NCBI GenBank assembly: GCA_016196885.1
Contig: JACPWU010000031.1
Span: forward strand, 1-6,828
Length of the DNA: 6,828 nt
Direction of reading: 5' to 3'
Origin: Chlamydiota bacterium
GTDB lineage: Bacteria; Auribacterota; JACPWU01
The position numbers and the translations under genes were made by a program. Below are positions 1-5,367 of this stretch, piece by piece. How positions within the stretch are numbered: the first letter of the stretch is position 1; each line of letters starts with the position of its first letter. Below the pieces are notes generated by a model. It was not told the origin of the DNA, ran no database searches, and was given only the letters and a program-made list of their open reading frames with translations.

Positions 1-39
1 CATGACTTTCAGTCACAAAGGGGGATGAAAATCACCCTT

Positions 40-84
40 GTAGTCGCCCCATTTATGGGGCTGCCCGATGAATCGGGCGACTAC
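40..84. repeat. REP/REPIN-like palindromic doublet, copy 1: two inverted 22-nt GTAG+hairpin units with a 1-nt spacer
   Basis: Unit A is 40-61, GTAGTC GCCCCAT TT ATGGGGC. The spacer is T62. Unit B is 63-84, GCCCGAT GA ATCGGGC GACTAC, which is the reverse complement of a GTAGTC-GCCCGAT..ATCGGGC unit. Each unit has its own perfect 7-bp stem. The outer arms pair, and pairing extends to 37-46 CTTGTAGTCG with 78-87 CGACTACAAG. The element lies 30 nt downstream of the response-regulator stop codon (115-117). A second copy is at 4000-4053. Confidence 0.75.
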
Positions 85-114
85 AAGTCATCATAACTTA
101 TTGTATAAGAATAA

Positions 115-1587
115 CTAAAGACTATTCTCAGATGAAATGCGGGCTGAATCTTCCGCCGACCCCTCTGGCTCGGGTGAAGACCCCTCGGATTTTATCCTTT
201 GACCCTTCGGTATCTGAATATGAAGTTGATCAATGCGGTATTTCAAAATCCTCCGCGTGGTTCCGAGAAGTTTCGATGCCCGCGTAAAAACACCATTGCA
301 TTTGCGAAGGGCCTCTTCAATGATCTGCTTTTCAAAGGCTGCCACAATGTCATGCAAAGAAGCGCCCTGCCCTGTGCTCCGATCAAAAATCGTCTTTTGC
401 AGTTGATGCATGCGAATTTGCTGAGGCAAGTCCTCAATGTGAATAATGCTGTGATCCATCATCACCACCAGATTTTCCACCGCATTTTGGACCTCGCGCA
501 CATTGCCAGGCCAATCATACACCTGAAGCGCTTCCATGGCCTCCTGAGAAAAACCCTCGACTTTGACATTCGCACCCGTGCGATAGCGGTCCAGGAAATG
601 ATACACCAAAAGGGGTATGTCCTCTCTTCTTTCCCTCAAAGGCGCGAGCACAACGGGGACCACCGTGAGACGATAATAAAGATCCTCACGGAAAGAACCG
701 TCTTTAATCGCCTTTTCCAAATTTTTATTCGTGGCCGCGACAAAGCGCACATCCACTTTAATGGATTCCGTTCCACCCACCCTTCTAAATTCTTTCTCCT
801 GAATGGCCCTCAAAAGTTTGGACTGAAGCTCCAGCGGCATGTCGCCAATCTCATCCAAGAAAAGGGTGCCTCCATTGGCAATTTCAAGTGTTCCGTCTTT
901 CCTTTGAATGGCGCCTGTGAAAGAGCCTTTTTCATGCCCAAAAAGCTCGCTTTCCAAAAGTTTATCTGGGACCGCAGAGGTATGCACCACCACGAAAGGC
1001 TTTTCCTTGCGATTGCCATTGTAATGAATGGCACGGGCCACCAACTCTTTTCCTGTTCCGCTTTCTCCCGTGATGAGCACATTGGAATTAGAATTCATCA
1101 CCCGCGTGATGGTCTGGAAAAGATCCAGCATCTTGGGGCTGTTTCCCACAATGCTGTCAAACTGGCGGGATTTCTTAAGCTGACCCCGCAAATGATCCAT
1201 TTCATCCCGAAGCTGACGCTGCTGCAGTGCCCGCTTGACAAGACCCAGAAGTTCATTGATCTCAAAAGGTTTATGAATGTAGTCAAAGGCCCCTAATTTA
1301 ATGGCCTCCACCGCCGTCTTCACCTTCTCCTGACCCGTAATCATGATGACCTGTGTGTCAGGCTTTAAAGAGCGGACCCTTTTTAAAACCTCAATCCCGC
1401 CCATTCCAGGAAGCAGCACATCCAGCAAAACCAAATCCGGATTTTCTTCATTTAAAACTTTAAACGCCTCTTCGCCGCTCAGAGCCGTCACAACATCATA
1501 ATTCTCTTTCAAAAGCTGCTTCAGAGAATCCTGAGCACTCTTTTCATCATCCACCACCAGCACCTTCGGCATCTTGGTTGTTTTCAC
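115..1587 (-). CDS. sigma54-dependent response regulator / bacterial enhancer-binding protein (NtrC family: REC + AAA+ sigma54-interaction + Fis-type HTH)
   Basis: 490-codon ORF. Receiver motifs: VLVVDDE, LVLLD(56)VLLPG, IMITG, HKPF. AAA+ module: Walker A GESGTGKE; ELFGHEKGSFTGA (a GAFTGA-type sigma54 contact loop); Walker B TLFLDEIGDM; REDLYYRL; YDWPGNVREVQN. C-terminal HTH: TRASKLLGTTRRILKYRI. The GTG start at 1587-1585 directly abuts the kinase stop TAA (1590-1588). It lies 8 nt after the GAGG core of AGAGGTGATC (1600-1591), a long match to the anti-SD. An alternative ATG at 1572 has no SD. Confidence 0.93.
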   Translation of the reverse strand: MKTTKMPKVLVVDDEKSAQDSLKQLLKENYDVVTALSGEEAFKVLNEENPDLVLLDVLLPGMGGIEVLKRVRSLKPDTQVIMITGQEKVKTAVEAIKLGAFDYIHKPFEINELLGLVKRALQQRQLRDEMDHLRGQLKKSRQFDSIVGNSPKMLDLFQTITRVMNSNSNVLITGESGTGKELVARAIHYNGNRKEKPFVVVHTSAVPDKLLESELFGHEKGSFTGAIQRKDGTLEIANGGTLFLDEIGDMPLELQSKLLRAIQEKEFRRVGGTESIKVDVRFVAATNKNLEKAIKDGSFREDLYYRLTVVPVVLAPLRERREDIPLLVYHFLDRYRTGANVKVEGFSQEAMEALQVYDWPGNVREVQNAVENLVVMMDHSIIHIEDLPQQIRMHQLQKTIFDRSTGQGASLHDIVAAFEKQIIEEALRKCNGVFTRASKLLGTTRRILKYRIDQLHIQIPKGQRIKSEGSSPEPEGSAEDSARISSENSL

Positions 1588-3720
1588 TTAGATCACCTCT
1601 AATTTGCTGTTCGCTCGATCCCGAATGATCTGCGATCCCGAGGGACCCTTTCCCTCGGGAGGCATTTCAAGGGTTAACCGCACAGGAATGGCGACACTCA
1701 CCTGCGTCCCCTTTCCCTTGAGGCTTGTCACACGAACACATCCCCCATGATCTTCAATAATTCTTTTAGCAATGGTCAAACCCAAACCGATGCCCCGGAT
1801 CTTGGTCGAAAAAAAGGGCTCAAAAATCTCGGGTAAATGTTCATCAGCAATACCCTCGCCTGTATCCTCAATCTGAATCAAAAGTGCTTCATCCTTCATT
1901 TTGGTTTCTCCCAGGCTTGCTGGATCCGCCATCTTGGTGAGCACCGTCAGAGTCCCTCCCCTGCGACCCATGGCCTGAAGCGCATTCTTTACAATGTTCG
2001 AGAGCGCCTTCACCATTTGAAGACGATCCATCAGAAGCACGTTGATTTGATGTTGAAAGGCCCGCTCGACACGAATCCCTGTCCAATCCACTTCCTTCAA
2101 AGAGGATAAACTCTCCTCAATCACCTCTCGAACATCCTCCGGTCTCCATTTCAAATCTGAAGGATGCGCAAACACCACAAAATTATCCACCAAGGTTTTA
2201 AGCCTTTCCACTTCTCCGGTGACCACCTGCCCAAAATCCTTTCTGAAGCTCTCATCCACATATTTTTCGGGCAGCAATTGGGAAAAGGTCTGTATGGAAA
2301 CGAGACAATTTTTGAGTTCATGTGAAGTGGCCTGCGCCATTTTAGAAATAAACTGAAGCCGCTCCTGACTGCGCAATTGTTTTTCTTGGTCCTTAATGAC
2401 CGACAAATCCGTAAACATCATGACCGTCCCCAAAAGCGCTCCGGATTTAGAAATCAGGCGAGAGGTACTTAAGCCCAAACATTTCTGGGCATTGAGCCTC
2501 ACCTCATGACGCTGATAAGAACGCCCCTTTTCCAAAGTCTCTTGAATGGGTTGGCGAATGGCACCGGGCAAAATGGAATAATCTTTTCCCACCAATCTAG
2601 ACGCCTTTTCATTCAGAAAATCCTCAGCTGCCTTATTGATATGGGTCAAAAATCCTCGATGATCAACCGTGATAATCCCGCTGGCCGCATGCTGAACCAT
2701 GCTCTCAATGTAATTCATCTGATAAATCAATTCTTCATGAAGAAAAGAGGCCGACACGGCCATGGCCAATTGTGAAGCAAGTGCCATCATCAAGCTGATT
2801 TCATCCTCCGTGAAAGAGGAGCCCGAGACCTTCTCACCCAATGAGAAAACACCCATCACCCTTCCATTCTCCAACATCGGGACCACCAAATGGGCCTTTA
2901 AAACATCCAAATCCTCTAAAATCTTCCGATTCTCCTCAACCCAATTTCTAAAATGCCCTGAATCCCGGTTCAAAACCCGCCCCTCTTCCAAATACCGAAT
3001 CCCCTTTTCACTCCACACCCAAGGATCCCGTATCATTTCCAGAGGTAATCCCACCGCTCCCCTCACCTTAAAATTCCCCATGTCATCCTTCAACAAAACG
3101 GCCCCGCGGCGCACCCCCAGCATATCCACCAAAACCAGAAGAAAATAATTAAGAAGCTTCTCCAAATCGTGGTGAGTGGAAAGAATCTTGGCAAAATTCT
3201 TCAGAGCCTCCCGATCTCGATAAACCCCTTTAAAAAAGGCATTTTCGAAAACCGTTTTCTGGGAGACATGTTCGCGGTCTCCTTCCTCTTTCGCCTTTTG
3301 AAAAGAGCGCGTCATTTCCAACTCTTTCTTAAGGCCTTGAGACTCCAAGGCCAAGGCCACCTGCCGCCGAACCAATTCAGAAGGAGAGCTAAAATAAAGG
3401 ACCGGGCCGAATCCGATGGACAACATCTCACCCAATTCATGATGGTAAGAACCCGGTTCATTCATCGAGAGAAGAACCTTTAAATGAGAAGAGCGGTTTC
3501 CCAAAAGGCGTGCAAAGGCATGGGCATTCGCGCCAAAGGAGAGAAAATCGAAAATGATCAAATCCACAAAATCGATCAGTTCGACCACTTTCTCTTTTTG
3601 GGAAGCCAAGAAGAAGGTACAATCCGACGAGAGGATTTTTGAGAAAAATCCCTGCCGGTCGTTTTCACAAGATATCAAAAGCACTCGGTTCACAAAGTGT
3701 CTCGTTTCTCCGAAGTGCAA
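1588..3720 (-). CDS. cytoplasmic sensor histidine kinase: degenerate receiver-like N-terminus, coiled coil, GAF, PAS, HisKA, HATPase_c
   Basis: 710-codon ORF. H-box ATSH(467)ELKN; the His codon is at 2322-2320. N-box NIVKNALQAM, G1 IEDTGEGI, F-box IFEPFFSTK, G2 GIGLGLTIAKRI. The region around aa 175-325 looks like GAF (LLVLVDMLGVRRGAVLL...VVPMLENGRVMGVFSLG). The region around aa 335-445 looks like PAS (GIITVDHRGFLTHINKAAEDFL...GTVMMFTDLS). I see no hydrophobic transmembrane segment. The 5' end is uncertain. The ORF opens with TTG at 3720, there is an in-frame stop at 3750-3748, and no in-frame ATG occurs before residue 86. Confidence 0.9.
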   Translation of the reverse strand: MHFGETRHFVNRVLLISCENDRQGFFSKILSSDCTFFLASQKEKVVELIDFVDLIIFDFLSFGANAHAFARLLGNRSSHLKVLLSMNEPGSYHHELGEMLSIGFGPVLYFSSPSELVRRQVALALESQGLKKELEMTRSFQKAKEEGDREHVSQKTVFENAFFKGVYRDREALKNFAKILSTHHDLEKLLNYFLLVLVDMLGVRRGAVLLKDDMGNFKVRGAVGLPLEMIRDPWVWSEKGIRYLEEGRVLNRDSGHFRNWVEENRKILEDLDVLKAHLVVPMLENGRVMGVFSLGEKVSGSSFTEDEISLMMALASQLAMAVSASFLHEELIYQMNYIESMVQHAASGIITVDHRGFLTHINKAAEDFLNEKASRLVGKDYSILPGAIRQPIQETLEKGRSYQRHEVRLNAQKCLGLSTSRLISKSGALLGTVMMFTDLSVIKDQEKQLRSQERLQFISKMAQATSHELKNCLVSIQTFSQLLPEKYVDESFRKDFGQVVTGEVERLKTLVDNFVVFAHPSDLKWRPEDVREVIEESLSSLKEVDWTGIRVERAFQHQINVLLMDRLQMVKALSNIVKNALQAMGRRGGTLTVLTKMADPASLGETKMKDEALLIQIEDTGEGIADEHLPEIFEPFFSTKIRGIGLGLTIAKRIIEDHGGCVRVTSLKGKGTQVSVAIPVRLTLEMPPEGKGPSGSQIIRDRANSKLEVI

Positions 3721-3734
3721 CGTCGCCCACTGAA

Positions 3735-3763
3735 AATATATCAGCTCTTAAAAAGAGAAGCAA
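3735..3763 (-). promoter_or_regulatory. candidate sigma70-type promoter for the kinase/regulator operon
   Basis: Minus strand reads TTGCTT (3763-3758), a 17-nt spacer (CTCTTTTTAAGAGCTGA), then TATATT (3740-3735), within an A/T-rich tract. It would leave only a ~8-nt leader before the TTG at 3720. Either the promoter call or the start-codon call is therefore likely imperfect. Confidence 0.3.
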
Positions 3764-3999
3764 AGAAAATAATAATAAAAAAACAGCATTCGGCCATCAG
3801 CATTCAGCAGACAGATGTCATCCCGGAGAGCGAGAACGGACTCCCTCCTTCGCTCTCACGGCGAGGCAAGCGTTGATGGCAGAATAAAAGTGAGCACCTT
3901 ACCTTAGGCGCGTATCTATGCAATCTTGCACGAAATTCGAAGCACGAAACAAATTCTAAATTCAAATATTTAAACAGGCATACGCACAGCCAGATCATG

Positions 4000-4053
4000 G
4001 TAGTCGCCCGATTTATCGGGCAATCCGTGCAGCCCCATAAATGGGGCGACTAC
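4000..4053. repeat. REP/REPIN-like palindromic doublet, copy 2 (inverted relative to copy 1, 10-nt spacer)
   Basis: 4000-4021 is GTAGTC GCCCGAT TT ATCGGGC. The spacer is AATCCGTGCA (4022-4031). 4032-4053 is GCCCCAT AA ATGGGGC GACTAC. This equals the reverse complement of copy 1 except for one loop base (TTTAT versus TTCAT) and 9 extra spacer nucleotides. Confidence 0.75.
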
Positions 4054-4106
4054 AAATTCTTCAAAAGCGCTTTACGAGAGGGGGATCAAGTGCAGAAGCC
4101 AAATTT

Positions 4107-4130
4107 TAAATTCGAAACGTTTCGAATTTA
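4107..4130. repeat. perfect 24-bp palindrome TAAATTCGAAACGTTTCGAATTTA (possible operator or hairpin)
   Basis: The sequence 4107-4130 is identical to its own reverse complement. It is enclosed by the 10-bp inverted repeat 4061-4070 / 4131-4140. It shares the AAATTC motif with five other sites in the same intergenic region. Confidence 0.8.
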
Positions 4131-4216
4131 GTGCTTTTGATTTATCCAATTTTTGGGGTGCTCACTTTTATTTTGCATATAACCGATAAGATCCCTACAG
4201 GAGCCATTTTTCATTG

Positions 4217-5161
4217 TCACACTTCACAAACCAGGCCCAGAAAGACGGAGTAACTATCCCAGTTCACCTCATTCAAGGGCTGATCCGAAGAAGAGCCATC
4301 CGCACCAAAAACTGTTTGCGTTCCAGAATCCGTGGACCAGCTTTGAAACTCAAAGCCCGCCTTCACTGAAAAGTGCTTGGAAAACTGATAGGCCACGGCA
4401 CAGGACACCCGAACGCCCCCTCCATCCGCCTCATCGCTAAAACTCACTGGATGCGCAAAGTCTTCGCGGAGATTCCAATCGGCCTCGGCCTCATAATCTG
4501 CCCAATGATATTCAAGGCCCACGAGAAATGAAAAGCGATCCCCCGGTTCTGCGGCCAGATCAAGCCCTATCCAAGGCCCCTTCCACTTCGTCTCGTACGA
4601 ACTGTCCAGGGCATCGATCGGGCCCACAGGACCCGTCAACTCAGGGATGGGACTGATCTCTTGAAATCCATTTCTCGCAACAAGGTTTTGCTCATGATGG
4701 GAATAGCCTACAAGCGGGGTTAGGCTAAATCTCCCTTTGCCGAACCTGAATAGATACCCCGCCCCCAAAGACCCATCAAAAACATGGCCGTCGTTGGCAT
4801 CCGCCGTCGCCCTTGAAAATTCAAAGGTTCTGTCATCCCCGAGAAAATCTGAATCCTGAACTTTTCCATCATAAATCCAGCCATAATCAATCGAACCCTT
4901 CAGGGCAATGTGCCTTTTCAAAAGAAGCTCGCCGGAACCCTTGATTTGATAGCTCTCGACATTATCCCAGGTGAGTTCTGATAAAATATTTGGATCATAT
5001 TGAGGTCCTGCAACATTCCAAGTTAAATCATCTACCCGATAGCCCTGCGTAAAATCAAACGTTCCCTCCATATCTTTGGGTTTCCCAACAGCGTCCCCCC
5101 ACACGAGGCCACAAGATAAAGATGTAAACAAGAAAATGATAGAAAAAAAAAGTGCTTTCAT
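4217..5161 (-). CDS. omptin-like outer-membrane beta-barrel protein (distant peptidase A26/OmpT-Pla-like fold; catalytic status doubtful)
   Basis: 314-codon ORF starting at the only available ATG (in-frame stop at 5173-5171). N-terminal signal peptide: MKALFFSIIFLFTSLSCGLVWG. Hand alignment to OmpT/Pla gives several matches. SELTWDNVESYQIKG aligns with SQLDWKFNNAAIIKG. VQD(103)SD(105)F aligns with VD83QD85W. GYSHHEQNLVARNG aligns with the omptin signature GYQESRYSFTARGG, with the same GY-x8-AR-x-G spacing. YETKWKGPWIGL aligns with YKQRFKMPYIGL. SGTQ and SYSVFLGL align with the C-terminal strands. The SD is GGGGGAGG but sits only 1 nt from the ATG. Confidence 0.7.
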   Translation of the reverse strand: MKALFFSIIFLFTSLSCGLVWGDAVGKPKDMEGTFDFTQGYRVDDLTWNVAGPQYDPNILSELTWDNVESYQIKGSGELLLKRHIALKGSIDYGWIYDGKVQDSDFLGDDRTFEFSRATADANDGHVFDGSLGAGYLFRFGKGRFSLTPLVGYSHHEQNLVARNGFQEISPIPELTGPVGPIDALDSSYETKWKGPWIGLDLAAEPGDRFSFLVGLEYHWADYEAEADWNLREDFAHPVSFSDEADGGGVRVSCAVAYQFSKHFSVKAGFEFQSWSTDSGTQTVFGADGSSSDQPLNEVNWDSYSVFLGLVCEV

Positions 5162-5293
5162 TGCCTCCCCCTATTCTAAATTTTCCTAAAAATCAAACCT
5201 CATCCCCCCACTTTGGATTCCCGCTTACCCCACAGGGGCTATTTCGTTGAAACCTGCGGGAATGACAAGCAAGAGGTATGAGCTAAACTGTTA

Positions 5294-5343
5294 CAAACAA
5301 AAAGGGCGAGTCCACTGAAAAATCAGAGGGACCCGCCCTTTTT
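5294..5343 (-). terminator. rho-independent terminator of the small OMP gene
   Basis: Minus-strand RNA reads AAAAA GGGCGGGTCC ...CTGA TTTT TCAG... GGACTCGCCC TTTTTGTTTG. This is a 10-bp GC-rich stem (5338-5329 with 5313-5304) containing one G.U pair, an inner 4-bp extension, and then a U-tract. It starts about 24 nt after the TAA at 5370-5368. The imperfect pair is G.U only on the minus-strand transcript and would be A/C on the plus strand. Confidence 0.85.
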
Positions 5344-5367
5344 AAAATAACTTCAGTGACAGCTAGA

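Larger units (their letters stand above)
3879..4176. repeat. ~298-bp nested imperfect palindrome with 20-bp terminal inverted repeats, centred on REPIN copy 2 (MITE-like element, nested insertion scar or structured RNA locus)
   Basis: GCAGAATAAAAGTGAGCACC (3879-3898) is the reverse complement of GGTGCTCACTTTTATTTTGC (4157-4176) at 19 of 20 positions. The one mismatch is G3882 opposite T4173. The midpoint of the 298-bp span (about 4027.5) coincides with the midpoint of the doublet at 4000-4053 (about 4026.5). The arms share further patches: AAGCAC and TAAATTC[A/G]AA. The right arm has its own nested inverted repeat, TCAAAAGCGC 4061-4070 with GTGCTTTTGA 4131-4140. Confidence 0.7.

Noticed and set aside
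199-1296. 365-aa plus-strand ORF, and the smaller ORFs 243-437, 810-1082 and 1098-1286, overlapping the response-regulator gene
   Set aside because: They lie antisense or out of frame within a CDS whose minus-strand translation carries unmistakable REC/AAA+/HTH motifs. Their translations are low-complexity, rich in His, Arg and Leu, with no recognisable motifs. These are typical shadow ORFs.
1837-3483. Plus-strand ORFs (1837-2109, 2506-2775, 2762-3148, 3169-3483) and the minus-strand ORF 1889-2086 inside the kinase gene
   Set aside because: They are shadow ORFs of the 710-aa kinase CDS. They have no SD or motifs and overlap a well-supported gene.
3785-3800. TGGCCGAATGCTGTT on the minus strand as a sigma54 -24/-12 element upstream of the kinase operon
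   Set aside because: The GG is present, but the positions expected for the -12 GC read TT, and the nearby GC is 4 nt out of register.
3639-3887. 82-aa plus-strand ORF spanning the kinase start and its upstream region
   Set aside because: It overlaps the kinase 5' end in antisense and crosses the A/T-rich promoter region. It has no SD, and its translation is low-complexity (KKRSKENNNKK).
3804-3998. 64-aa minus-strand ORF (hydrophobic N-terminus, Cys-rich) in the structured intergenic region, considered as a possible type I toxin-like peptide with hok-like long-range RNA pairing
   Set aside because: There is no SD. The ATG abuts the REPIN arm, the ORF runs out past the left terminal repeat, and the C-terminal two-thirds looks like random basic sequence. 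The structure of the region is better explained by the repeats themselves. Ribosome-profiling data would be needed to revive it.
40-4053. Possibility that the repeated palindromic units are CRISPR repeats
   Set aside because: There are only two loci, 3.9 kb apart. Each is an inverted pair with a 1-10-nt spacer rather than direct repeats with 25-40-nt spacers. No cas genes are present.
4124-4140. Resemblance of TTTAGTGCTT to a CIRCE (HrcA) half-site, and of the 24-bp palindrome to CRP/FNR-type sites
   Set aside because: Only 6 nt match one CIRCE half, and no partner half is present at N9 spacing. The palindrome half-sites (TTCGA) do not match the TGTGA or TTGAT cores.
3879-4176. Calling the 298-bp palindrome a bona fide MITE or IS remnant (type mobile_element)
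   Set aside because: I could find no target-site duplication next to the 20-bp terminal repeats, there is no transposase, and only one copy is visible. It is therefore reported as a repeat/structure, with MITE as one hypothesis.
5162-5300. Sigma70 or sigma54 promoter for the omptin-like gene (TTGTCA-N17-GAAATA; TAGAAT near the SD)
   Set aside because: TTGTCA has a poor -10 partner. TAGAAT has no -35 element and would give a leaderless transcript lacking the SD. There is no GG-N10-GC match. A promoter must exist here because of the upstream terminator, but I cannot place it.
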